A DNA stretch of 64,000 nt, taken from Balanoglossus misakiensis (taxonomy: Eukaryota; Animalia; Hemichordata). The position numbers and the translations under genes were made by a program. Positions within the stretch are counted from its first letter, which is position 1; each line of letters opens with the position of its first letter. Shown in pieces: positions 10,198 through 20,307 of the stretch. The notes under the pieces were generated by a model. It had not been told where the DNA came from, made no database searches, and saw only the letters and a program-made list of their open reading frames with translations. The stretch is taken from contig CM082596.2 of the NCBI GenBank assembly GCA_040954595.2, forward strand, positions 10,374,461-10,438,460, in the 5' to 3' direction.

Positions 10198-12651
10198 TTG
10201 AAAGCTGACATTGAACAGAGATTCAACGCCGCTACCCTGAAACAGATGCAAGACAACCTGTCTACGTACACAACCAAAATAAGACATTTGCGACAAAACC
10301 AACAACATCATAAATTTCAACTTCTCCTACAAAAGAACAAACACGGCGATAATCACAGAAAGAAACCACTTCGACACTTTTCCAGGAACCGACGCAATAA
10401 CAGACCAAGAACGAAGGCCAAGTCAAAACAAACAGCTGCACAGGACACGATTTCAACAGTCACCAACCTCTCCTCAAGTCAACTTACCCCAGCGGAAGTA
10501 AGTGTGCTCTCCAAAGGTCTTACATTCTGCCCGACCCCCACAAATATTAATACCAGAGAACTCTACTCCGACATTCAAGAATTCAAACGAAAATGCAGAT
10601 TACGCTATAAATACAGAAACAGACATGACGACCAAAATGCTATACAACCGATCAAGTGTGGTCCATTTAATCGGGAGAAATCTGGCTTTAACCCACCTCC
10701 GAATGAAAGTACCACCCTAGAAGCTTTCCTCACTGCCGTCGAAGAAGAAGTCCTAAATGATAAGATTCGCAAGAAAACTTATGATAATATCAGCAAAGAA
10801 GAAAGAGCTGCTCTCCGAAAACTTGTCGACAGGGCGGACCTCACAATTAAACCGGCCGACAAAGGTGGGGGTATTGTAGTCATGGACACAGCAAGCTACA
10901 TTGATACATGTCAGAACATACTACAAGACCGTTTATTCTACAGAGAACTAGACCATGACCCCACAAACCAATACCAAAATGAACTTGAGAAGAAGGTAAA
11001 GAAATGGATGAACAAGAAATGGATCCCACAGGACATCGCCAAAAAACTCATACAAAAAGAACCCAAACCAGGCAACTTCTATGGTCTGCCGAAAATTCAC
11101 AAACAAAATTCACCACTTCGCCCCATAGTACCACAGCACCAAGCCGTCACCACCCCACTTGCACAATATGTCGATCACATCCTTCAACCCATCGTCAAAA
11201 AGCTTCCATCATACCTCAAGGACACCACTCACCACCTGCAGGACATAGAAAATAGCACAGTACCGGACAATAGCATCCTCGTCACCATGGACGTCGTTTC
11301 TCTGTACACCAATATACCCCACGACTACGGCATCCAAGCAGTACAGGAAGCTTTGGAGGAACACAACATCACCACACCTAACCCTACGCTCATCACAGAA
11401 ATGCTCGAATTCATTCTCACCAAAAACTACTTCCAATTCAACGAGAGATTCTATCTGCAAGTTCACGGCACAGCCATGGGCAGTAAGGTCGCGCCTTCCT
11501 ATGCGAACATCGCTATGGGCAAACTAGAAAAATACATCCTTGCCAACTGTCCTCTACAACCACAAAATTGGAAAAGATTCATTGATGACATCCGCTATAT
11601 TTGGACTCATGGGCCCGACCAACTTGTTAAATTCCATGAATACTGCAACTCCATCCACCCATCCCTGAAATTCACCATAGAACACAGCCCACTTGAAGTT
11701 CCATTTCTGGACACCAATATGATGATCAAGGATAACACTATTCATACGACCATCTACAGCAAACCTACTGACAAGCACACGTATCTACTTCCATCATCCT
11801 GCCATCCACGCCATATCTTTAAAGCGATCCCCAAGGGACAGGCCCTGCGATATAGACGCATCTACTCTACAACAGATCTCTACAATGAAGAAACCAAGAA
11901 ACTTCAGGACCACTTCATCCAACGCAACTACAAAAAATCAGCGATCTCTAATGCCATCAATCAAGTAAGAAGCATCCCACGTGACCGACTCATCAACTAC
12001 CAAGACAAAAACACCAACTCATCCGAACGTATACCATTTGTCATCACACACCACCCGGCCCTTCCCAGCATATCGACAATAATTAGAAAGCACTGGCACA
12101 TACTTGCATCTAATCAGTCTACAAGGGAGACATTCACCGCGCCCCCTTTTGTCGCTTATAGACAACCACCCAACCTAAGGAAGATGATAGTCAGAGCCGG
12201 CCTTAAGACAAGAACTAAAGACGCTGACCCAGGACTCTGTAAACCCTGTAACAACTGTAGAACATGCAAATTTATGATCCAGACCAATGAACACAAATTA
12301 ATCAACAAGGTGAATAACAAATCGCATCATATCATCGGCCAACTGACATGTAATACTCGCAACATCATTTATGCCATCGTCTGTATCAAATGCGACAAAT
12401 TGTACATCGGGGAAACAAAACGGGAACTCCGTATCAGAATCAACGAACACCTTTACAGTATCCGTACACACAAAGACACTCTAGTCGCTCATCACTTCCA
12501 TGAACCTGATCACAACATTGACCATTTCCAATTCACTGGTCTGTGCAAAGTATATTCGAGACACGACAAAATAAGAAAGCAACTGGAACTCAAAATTATT
12601 AATGCACTCGGTACCCTTTCACCCACTGGTATCAACAAAAAGGACTGGTAG
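10198..12651 (+). CDS. Penelope-like reverse transcriptase-GIY-YIG endonuclease (N-terminus probably truncated)
   Basis: NLSS...VLSKGLTFCPTP N-domain, ADKG, YGLPKIHK..PLRPIV, GTAMGS, RFIDD, Cys linker CKPCNNCRTC, IYAIVC..C...YIGET. The frame is open from the inversion junction at ~10179. Confidence 0.95.
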   Translation: MKADIEQRFNAATLKQMQDNLSTYTTKIRHLRQNQQHHKFQLLLQKNKHGDNHRKKPLRHFSRNRRNNRPRTKAKSKQTAAQDTISTVTNLSSSQLTPAEVSVLSKGLTFCPTPTNINTRELYSDIQEFKRKCRLRYKYRNRHDDQNAIQPIKCGPFNREKSGFNPPPNESTTLEAFLTAVEEEVLNDKIRKKTYDNISKEERAALRKLVDRADLTIKPADKGGGIVVMDTASYIDTCQNILQDRLFYRELDHDPTNQYQNELEKKVKKWMNKKWIPQDIAKKLIQKEPKPGNFYGLPKIHKQNSPLRPIVPQHQAVTTPLAQYVDHILQPIVKKLPSYLKDTTHHLQDIENSTVPDNSILVTMDVVSLYTNIPHDYGIQAVQEALEEHNITTPNPTLITEMLEFILTKNYFQFNERFYLQVHGTAMGSKVAPSYANIAMGKLEKYILANCPLQPQNWKRFIDDIRYIWTHGPDQLVKFHEYCNSIHPSLKFTIEHSPLEVPFLDTNMMIKDNTIHTTIYSKPTDKHTYLLPSSCHPRHIFKAIPKGQALRYRRIYSTTDLYNEETKKLQDHFIQRNYKKSAISNAINQVRSIPRDRLINYQDKNTNSSERIPFVITHHPALPSISTIIRKHWHILASNQSTRETFTAPPFVAYRQPPNLRKMIVRAGLKTRTKDADPGLCKPCNNCRTCKFMIQTNEHKLINKVNNKSHHIIGQLTCNTRNIIYAIVCIKCDKLYIGETKRELRIRINEHLYSIRTHKDTLVAHHFHEPDHNIDHFQFTGLCKVYSRHDKIRKQLELKIINALGTLSPTGINKKDW

Positions 12652-13115
12652 AACTTTTTTCTTTCATTCATATTCATATTTTTCCCACCACCTATAGTCT
12701 TTGTTTACTGCTAGGCAGTCCGTTTGATTTTTCCTCCCACACTAGGGAGTCCTCTTTGTCTTTATTCAGACCACATTCAGACCATCACCGCTGAGTAAGT
12801 TTCTTTTGTCTTGTCTCTCTACATTTATTTTTATCATTCCGTTTTACAAGTTGTCATTTTACTCAAGTCTAATTTTTTGTCCGCATGTCCAACTGCAGTT
12901 CCGACTGTTTTTAATTTTGTCTTCGTTTCAGACTTTATTTTTACAATACTCAATGAGATTTTGACCATACAGCTCATTTTTATTTTCCACCTACATTTTG
13001 CTATTTTTAGATCCCTGAAGAAGATCCTCAGTGAAGGATCGAAACGTTGGTAGAACAAGTTTTTAACAATAAAACTTTTTATGAAACCCGACGCTTGTCT
13101 CCTCATCGAACTCAT
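12621..13115 (+). repeat. 3' pseudo-LTR of the Penelope-like element
   Basis: Overlaps the last 10 codons of the ORF; inverted copy at 9684-10178. Confidence 0.92.
13008..13058 (+). ncRNA. Minimal hammerhead-ribozyme-like motif in the pLTR (mirror copy ~9741-9791 on minus)
   Basis: CTGAAGA-A-GATCCT-cagtga-AGGATC-GAAA-C-GTTG-GTA. Core and stem II are clear; stem I pairing is weak. Confidence 0.65.
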
Positions 13116-13274
13116 TAAGAACTCTCAAGGGGATTCTTGAATCCCATGGGTTTACTACGGCATGGCATACACCCACACCATCAGTAAACCCCTTGACTGA
13201 TGTGGTGGGCAAGACCATGGCAGTGAAATCACCTGAATCCTCGGTGCAGACTCGGGCCCTCGTCAACCGTTTAA
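13116..13274 (-). CDS. pol: Gypsy pol fragment (protease-RT linker) between two insertions
   Basis: KRLTRARVCTEDSG...RIPLRVL joins in frame to ...RVASV upstream and NVNETDHH downstream once the inserts are removed. Confidence 0.88.
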
Positions 13275-14328
13275 GGGAGCATTCGTTTTTTACGGGGAGG
13301 GGGGGGGGGGCGGTGGAATTTGAGTCGCCGACTAAATGTAAAAGGCAACCCCCCCTGGAAATTACTTTTCTAAAATGTGACCCCCCCCCCCCCAAAAAAA
13401 AAAAAAAAGTTTATCCACCGGATTAAACTTATCAAACTTTGTCAGATATTGGTGTATGTTCGACATACCACATAATCAACCATGAAACCTAGTTCCTTGA
13501 TTTCCAAGTAGTGCATTGTCTGCCTGATCTTGTTACGTGAAAGAGTTCATTTTCAATGTCGCCGCTATCACTTTCTGAGTCACTTTCCGCTGAATCACCT
13601 AGTTCACCTATCACTACATGTTCATCTTCTGGTTCACTGTCCTCGTCCAAGTCATCCTCTTCATCCTCCTGCTCATCCTCTTCTTTGTCCCTCTCATGGT
13701 TTACTCTGAGACTTTCCAGAGTTGTTTGACACAGTTTCCGGCCAATGTGCGCTTCAACTATTTTCAGTTTGTCTTTTTTCAGCATCTTTTTCTCTGTTGT
13801 CAATTTATGTCTGTTCATGTACATGTCTACTGAACATTGTTTTTATTTTTTAAGTATTTGTATTCTGTGTTGGGAGACATTGTAAACCGAGAATTGAAGG
13901 GGGTGGGTTTGGGAGGGGGTGTCCCCCTCCCACGACGTAAGAAAATTTTATAAAATACAGAGCTGAAAGCTGCATTTTAATGAACCCAGCAAAAGAAAAT
14001 TAACGTCACGCTCAAAGTTATGGGGTGGGGGCAAGTCCCCTGACCTGGGACACTAGATAAACCAGTCAATGATTGAAAGGTGTTGATGAATGGAGGGGGT
14101 GGGTGTGTGGGTGTAAGAAAATTTTGCAAAATAAAGGACGCAAAACTGCATTTTTGTGGACTCAAAATAAATATTTAGCCGTCAAAGTTGTCAAGTCCCC
14201 CCTTTCAGTCCCTATATAATAATCCCTTGATTATAAAATTTGTCCCCCCCTAAAAACTGCTTTGTAAAAGTAAACCCCCCCCTGATTTCCACCGCCCCCC
14301 CCCCTCCCTGTAAAAAACGAATGCTCCC
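13275..14328. mobile_element. Non-autonomous PIF/Harbinger-type DNA transposon (1054 bp)
   Basis: ~45-bp TIRs GGGAGCATTCGTTTTTTAC...GGGCGGTGGAA; TAA TSD at 13272-13274 and 14329-14331; no transposase. Confidence 0.87.
13489..13824 (-). pseudogene. Acidic C-terminal protein fragment carried inside the Harbinger-type element
   Basis: 111-aa ORF with a basic stretch, a D/E-rich tract and a TRSGR motif; origin not identified. Confidence 0.4.
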
Positions 14329-15049
14329 TAACACTAGCCACTCGAGGGTGCCCTTCCATGAAGCCCAGCTGCCCGTCTACAGGTAATTTTGCCTTTCTAC
14401 AAAATACCATGGTCTCGCTACACGCAGGGATAACAACATCTCTATCAACCCTCAGTCGAGTAACATAAGGCTTGGTCCCCCTTGGCGTGATAGGTTTGTC
14501 ATGACATGTAATGATTTCCCCATTAACGTGTAATACCCCAGCACAGGCGTCAATCTTTACATTTAATGGGCCAATCGCTGAAAGACCAAGAACACCTGGG
14601 TCCCATGGTTCCAACTCAACCACATAGACAGGTACCCTAGCATGTGTTCCCTTTAAGGTCACTTCTAAATAACAAAACCCAAGAACTTCTTGTTTATTAT
14701 TACCAAAAGCACTGACAGCCTCCTTGACATGATATAGCGGAGGTCGCTCATCCATTGGAATTTTTGAATACCAGTGCTCTGCCAGGAAAGTGTCAGTAGC
14801 ACCTGTGTCAATCTGAATACGACCCGGTATACCCTGAATGGCAATGTCAGTGAACAATCTAGTTTTACCACACCAAGATGAATGACTCAAATTATGATCG
14901 ACGGTAATGTTGTTCAATGATTTTGTATCTTTAGTATTAGTAGTCACTGAGCCCTTTAAACCATTAGCGCCATATCTGGCCTGATCGCTAATGTCCTTAT
15001 TTATTGGGACTGGGGGTTGGGCTGTACGCCCAGTCCACCCAAGTTTAAC
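14329..15049 (-). CDS. pol: Gypsy aspartic protease region, in the -1 frame relative to gag
   Basis: IQIDTGA active site and GVLGLS motif; overlaps the end of gag. Confidence 0.9.
15001..15049 (-). promoter_or_regulatory. Putative -1 ribosomal frameshift signal (G_UUA_AAC plus hairpin)
   Basis: The gag frame reads ccG TTA AAC and the -1 frame gives VKLGW of the protease ORF. A GGACTGGG...CCCAGTCC stem begins 6 nt downstream. Confidence 0.75.
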
Positions 15050-16009
15050 GGATATTGGGGTTTCAACAATGGGCAGTACCTGCGAATATGCCCTGGCTGA
15101 CCACACTGGTAGCACACCCTGGGTGTAGGATTTCCCTTCTTACTACCCGTTGAACTTTGACCTTCAGTAGATTTATTGACCTTAAGGGCTGAAATCTCCC
15201 CTTTCAACATTTCCATATTTTGTTGTAATTTAGCCATTGCTGCTGTCATCTCAGACAACACACTGGTGGCACCCTCATGTTCCCCCACAGCCTTGACACC
15301 AGCACGCTTTCTAGTATTGGTGTTCGGCAACGATCCGGATAACATCAAATAATTTTCTTCATGGATACTTTCTCTGATAACATCATCAAATGTGCACCCT
15401 TGTTTTCGGGCTGCTTCATTTATCTTTCTACATACTTCTGGTACGTCAACCGCATTGAAGTATGCATCTATACAAAGTTGTTCAAACATGTCGCCTTTTG
15501 TCTCTGGATATGCAACAGCTACAAGCTCTCTTATATCTTGAGCCAAACTTTGTAAACTCTCGCCTTCGTTACGCTGCCGCTGTTTCAGACGCAGTCGACA
15601 GATATCTCTTTTTCCGATTGACCCAAAACGTGCAGCAAGCCGCTCACACAGTTGTTGGTAGGTCAACTGCTGAATATCCACATAATTCAGAAGTTGCAGC
15701 GCAGGACCTGTTAACATTGCAAGCAAATACTCTTTGCGCTCTCTCTCATTCAATTTATGCATATCGCAGTATATGGTAAAGTGAATCTTATATATATCCC
15801 AAGAAACATCGCCAGAATACCGTTCAGGTATAAGTCTAGAGCGATAAGCACCATGCTTTGAAGGCAGGGTTTGTTCATCTACCCATGCCCTCGTTCTAGT
15901 GTGTACTGTTTCCGCTGGAAGATCGGGAAACATTTCACTCGTTTTGTTAGAAGCCGCGCGTCTACATTTGCCCGCGTATTCGTCAGATAGGCCTACTGGA
16001 GAACGAGAA
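15001..16009 (-). CDS. gag: Gypsy gag, 3' part (capsid-like region and CCHC knuckle)
   Basis: PERYSGDVSW, RQRNEGESLQ and CYQCGQPGHIRRYC motifs. Confidence 0.92.
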
Positions 16010-16168
16010 ATGTTATTTCTCAAGGTACAACGTATAGAGAGAAATAAATGTTTTGTTGTTTCGTGAGGGCGCTGTTTATGGGAGTATGAATATCAAGTAG
16101 GTGGGGTAATCAGGTCAGTCTACGCGCTACCACCGGCCAGTCAAGTCGCCTTGTGATCCGTTAATTTT
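16010..16168 (+). repeat. Split direct repeat A1
   Basis: Identical by eye to 20408-20566. Confidence 0.93.
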
Positions 16169-16201
16169 TCGCTCGTCGGTTGCCCCTCGTTCTCCTACGA
16201 A

Positions 16202-16915
16202 ATGTCAGCAGCTGATGGTAATCCCAACAACGATCCTGCCATAGACATTCAGAGGATCATACAGGCGAACAACAACCAGTTGTTAGTATCCATCAATCAG
16301 CTAGTGACGGATAAAATGACTACGATGAAACAGGACTTACAGTCCACTCAAGAAGTAGTAAATCGAGAGCAGATGGCGGAGATAAAGAAGATCAAGTTTG
16401 CGGAAGTTCCACGCTTCAAAAGAAAAGCCAACGAGGATCAATACAAGCACAACTGTAAGGTGTTGGACACGTTGGACGATAGCAAAACCAGTATGGAGTT
16501 GAAGAATTTCGAAGATGCCAAGCTGAAACTCGCTAAAGGTATTGACATGGTCAACCAAAGACAAAAACTTATATTGCTAGCAGATAGTTCTGACTTCGGT
16601 TGGGGAACAGCACTGGAATACCAGTCCCATGAGCTAGCAGAAGATAGTGATGACGAAAAAAGAATATGGAAGGCAGAAATGAGAGCGAGTCGAAAACTCA
16701 AAGAGAAGAAAAACAAGAAACCCCGCTTTTCGCAGAAGTCGGATTCTTTCAGCCAACAGACTGAACCAGCTACGAAACGGAACTCATTTGGAACGAGTCA
16801 GAGGCCCGGGGTATGTTTCGCCTGCGGGAAGGCGGGACACTACAGGTCGGAATGTAGAGCGATGGTGGCGAGCACTACTGGTGGTGGTAATGGTAGTGGT
16901 GGCGGGAAGCCCTGA
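16202..16915 (+). CDS. gag: Gag-like protein with CCHC zinc knuckle (YR element)
   Basis: ATG start, coiled-coil-like region, CFACGKAGHYRSEC. Confidence 0.9.
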   Translation: MSAADGNPNNDPAIDIQRIIQANNNQLLVSINQLVTDKMTTMKQDLQSTQEVVNREQMAEIKKIKFAEVPRFKRKANEDQYKHNCKVLDTLDDSKTSMELKNFEDAKLKLAKGIDMVNQRQKLILLADSSDFGWGTALEYQSHELAEDSDDEKRIWKAEMRASRKLKEKKNKKPRFSQKSDSFSQQTEPATKRNSFGTSQRPGVCFACGKAGHYRSECRAMVASTTGGGNGSGGGKP

Positions 16916-16924
16916 CTATATGGA

Positions 16925-19087
16925 ATGACAGAAGAATTGTCAACACAGTTAAGTACTGATATCCCATTTTCAGAAACTAGCGATGATGATGTAAACAGGT
17001 TTAGCGATGGGGATTTTGATTCCTTGACGAGGGATGAACATGAGTTCATTCATGTTTCATTGGTGGATTTTACCACTGTTTCACCCGGTTCTTTAGTTTT
17101 TGGTAGCCCGCCAAAATCAGTGAAAGTTCGGGGTTCTCTGCTGAAAAATCTTGCGTTTTGGCGCCAACACGCACCGCCGTCTATTGTTAGTGTGGTCCAG
17201 TTTGGCTACAAATTGCCACTTTTGTCTTTTCCCGCGCCCATGTTTTCTCAGAACAATCGTTCTGCGCTGGTACATCGTGATTTCGTGGAATTTTCCATTC
17301 TCGATTTTTTAGATACGGGGGCTATCGAAGAAGTGCCTTCACAGCCATATGTTTGCAATCCCATCTCAGTTTCAGTCAGTAGGGAGGGAAAGAAAAGGTT
17401 TATTTTGGATCTAAGGAGAGTTAATCTCTTTTTGTACAAGAACAAGTTTAAGTGTGAAGACCTCAGGGTGGCCAAGGAATTTCTTGGTTCAGGTAAATTC
17501 TTGTTCAAGTTCGATCTCAAGTCAGGATATCATCATGTCGAAATTTTCCCGGAGCACCGTAAGTTTCTTGGTTTCGCCTGGGATTTTGATGAAGGCAGAA
17601 GATATTTCAAATTCTGTGTTTTGCCTTTCGGCCTAGCTACAGGCCCGTATATTTTTACCAAGTTACTTCGTCCAATTGTCAGGAAGTGGAGAGGAGAAGG
17701 TAAGTCAGTAGTGGTTTTTATTGATGATGGGCTGGGGGCCGCTGATCCCTTTGAAAAAGCCTTAAAGGAAGCGGAACAGGTGAGATCAGATCTGGCAAAA
17801 TGTGGTTTTATTACAAGCGAGCACAAATGCATATGGTTTCCTGTGCAAGTTTTGACATGGCTAGGCAATGTCATAAACATGGTAGAAGGTAAGTTGTTCA
17901 TAACGATCGATAGAATCAGTAGATTGTTGAATTCAATTCAGAATTTGCTAGAGTTTACTAGATGCAATGCTTCAGTTCCTGTACGTAGACTAGCCCATGT
18001 GGTAGGGCAGATCATTTCCATGAGGTCAGGTGTAGGTAATATCACATTGCTTATGACACGACATCTGTATTTTGTGATCTGCAACAGACAATCCTGGAAC
18101 AGTTTTGTTGGGTTGACAAAGCCTGCCATTAATGAACTAGAATTTTGGCAGGCAAATCTAGGTAAGTTAAATGGCATGCCACTTTGGAATTGTTCCAAAG
18201 CAGAATCGGTCATATACTCGGACGCATCGCAAAATGCATATGGAGGTTATATTGTTGAACACAGTAATGTGGTAGCTCACGGTAACTGGAGCACATATGA
18301 GTCGGAACAGAGTTCCACCTGGCGAGAATTACAAGCAGTGTAGAAAGTGCTGTTATCTATAGCCAGTTTTGTTGCGGGACGGCATGTCAAGTGGTTTACT
18401 GATAACCAAAACGTAGTGGCAATTGTCAATAAGGGTAGTATGAAACCGGAGTTACAGAAGATAGCTCTGGCAATTTTTGCAGTTTGCATGCAGTTTGGGA
18501 TTTCAATTGAGCCAGAGTGGGTGCCTAGGTCAGCCAATGAGCGTGCAGATTACATAAGCAAGCTTGTGGATACAGACGATTGGTCAGTAAACTTGCGTTA
18601 TTTTAAACTGTTGAGCAAGCATTGGGGACCGTTCCGGGTAGATAGATTTGCATCATCATACAATGCTAAGTGCGTGCTCTTCAATTCCCGGTTTTGGTGT
18701 CCTAATACAGCAGCAATGGATGCTTTTACAAAAGATTGGGGGTCAGAGGTCAACTGGTTGGTACCACCTACATATCTAATAGGCAGGACATTAAGGCACC
18801 TCCAATTCTGCAAGGGAAAGGGAGCTTTGGTAATCCCGCTGTGGAGATCGGCCTATTTTTGGCCTTTGATTTGCCCTGATGGGGTGCATTTAGCTCCGTT
18901 CATACATGATTGGTTAGAATTACCAAGCAATGATCCATTACTTTTCCTGCCAGGTAAGGGCAGAAATTCAGTCTTCGGTGGAAGACCACTCAGTTTTAGA
19001 GTACTTGCATTGTGGATAGATTTCAGCATTCCATGTCGAATGTTCAATAAGGAATTTTCCACAGTTTACATGGGCAAGATGTGTTGA
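16925..19087 (+). pseudogene. DIRS-type RT-RNase H-adenine-methyltransferase-like polyprotein with one in-frame TAG (18341-18343)
   Basis: KRFILDLR, DLKSGYHH, LPFGL, FIDD; RNase H SDAS...RELQAV*KVL...TDNQ...WVPRSANERAD; MT-like VDRFAS...DAF...W.....WLVPP. Both track ORFs are in the same frame. Confidence 0.9.
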
Positions 19088-19195
19088 CTGTTCCCCATAG
19101 TGGGAGGCTCTAGTGACCAGTCTAAGAAAGGGTCCATAGAAGCCTGATACTTCTGCTTGCTATCCGATGGGAACTATGGCGTTAAGTTGTAAGAA

Positions 19196-20245
19196 TTGAT
19201 CACTCAAAATTTTATTTTTGCAGAAGCGGATGTGTTTGACCATGGAATATGGAAAGAATTTAGTAATCTGGAAGATCCAGAGCTGCAACAACTGGTGAAG
19301 CACCTCCCAAGTATTGCCATGGCTTCACGAGCAGACTCTACTGTCAAGTTGTATACAAACGCTTTCCAGAAATGGGCCACCTTTGCGGTCAAACATTCTT
19401 TTCCAGTTGTTCCTGCAGAAGCCTCACATGTTGCTTTGTATTTGAGTGGGCTTATTCAGAATTCGATTCAGGGAGGGAATACTAGACATTCAGTGGAAAC
19501 TGCTGTTTACAGTATTCAGTGGGTACATCATACATCAGGTTTAACTTCTCCCACGCAGCATCCATTCGTTAAGAATTTAGTGGAATCAGCTAAGCGGCTG
19601 CTTGGGAGACCTGTGAGCAAAAAAGAAGCAGTCACTCCAGAAATCCTCACAAATGTAGTGGAATTCTTCAAAGATTCCCATTCTCTGCGTGATATAAGAG
19701 ACATCTGTCTTATTCTTGTTGCATTTGCTGGTTTTCTTAGATTTAGTGATGTTATTAACATTAAGAGATCTCACATTGCATTTTCTTCTTCACATGTTTC
19801 GATTGTCATTGACAAAAGCAAGAATGACCAATACAAGAAGGGCAATATTGTTCACATTGCCAAAACAGGTAAACTCACCTGTCCTGTTACATATCTTGAG
19901 AGGTATTTGATTGTTTCTGGCATTCCAGCAGATTCTTCCTGTTACATTTTTCGGCCTTTGTTTGCTTCCAAAGGCATCGTTTCATTGGTACATACTAACA
20001 AACATCTTAGTTATACCAGGGTAAGAGAGTTGGTGCATGAAAAACTAAAAGTGGCAGTTTCAGATGTCCACGCTTTTGGCACACACTCTCTGCGTATTGG
20101 AGGGGCGACCACAGCAGCAAAAGCTGGGGTACCTTCTCATAGGTTAATGAGACACGGTAGATGGCGTTCAGTAACAGCCAAAGACGGCTACATTCAAGAG
20201 AGCATTTCTGAGGCTCTTTCGGTTTCTAAAACGTTGGGAGTTTAG
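19196..20245 (+). CDS. Tyrosine recombinase (true start uncertain)
   Basis: Catalytic set R (FLRFSD), K (KSKND), HxxR (HSLRIGGAT), HGRW and Y (KDGY). The ORF opens on TTG, not ATG. Confidence 0.93.
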   Translation: MITQNFIFAEADVFDHGIWKEFSNLEDPELQQLVKHLPSIAMASRADSTVKLYTNAFQKWATFAVKHSFPVVPAEASHVALYLSGLIQNSIQGGNTRHSVETAVYSIQWVHHTSGLTSPTQHPFVKNLVESAKRLLGRPVSKKEAVTPEILTNVVEFFKDSHSLRDIRDICLILVAFAGFLRFSDVINIKRSHIAFSSSHVSIVIDKSKNDQYKKGNIVHIAKTGKLTCPVTYLERYLIVSGIPADSSCYIFRPLFASKGIVSLVHTNKHLSYTRVRELVHEKLKVAVSDVHAFGTHSLRIGGATTAAKAGVPSHRLMRHGRWRSVTAKDGYIQESISEALSVSKTLGV

Positions 20246-20307
20246 TTTTAAAGGGTTGTCATTCTTTAGAGTTTGCCTTCATTTTCTTCCCCCTTCTGTG
20301 TGCAAGT

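Larger units (their letters stand above)
9604..13115 (+). mobile_element. Penelope-like element (Neptune-type), 5'-truncated, with inverted pseudo-LTRs
   Basis: RT plus GIY-YIG ORF; 495-bp inverted repeats at 9684-10178 and 12621-13115; target duplication CATTAAGAACT at 9593-9603 and 13113-13123 (CAT shared with the repeat end). Confidence 0.93.

Noticed and set aside
19083-19195. pol-to-YR readthrough at TGA-CTG
   Set aside because: Two further in-frame stops (TGA, TAA) follow before the YR frame opens.
19196-20245. Phage or bacterial integrase / contamination
   Set aside because: It is embedded with gag, a DIRS-type RT and split direct repeats, so it is a eukaryotic YR retrotransposon.
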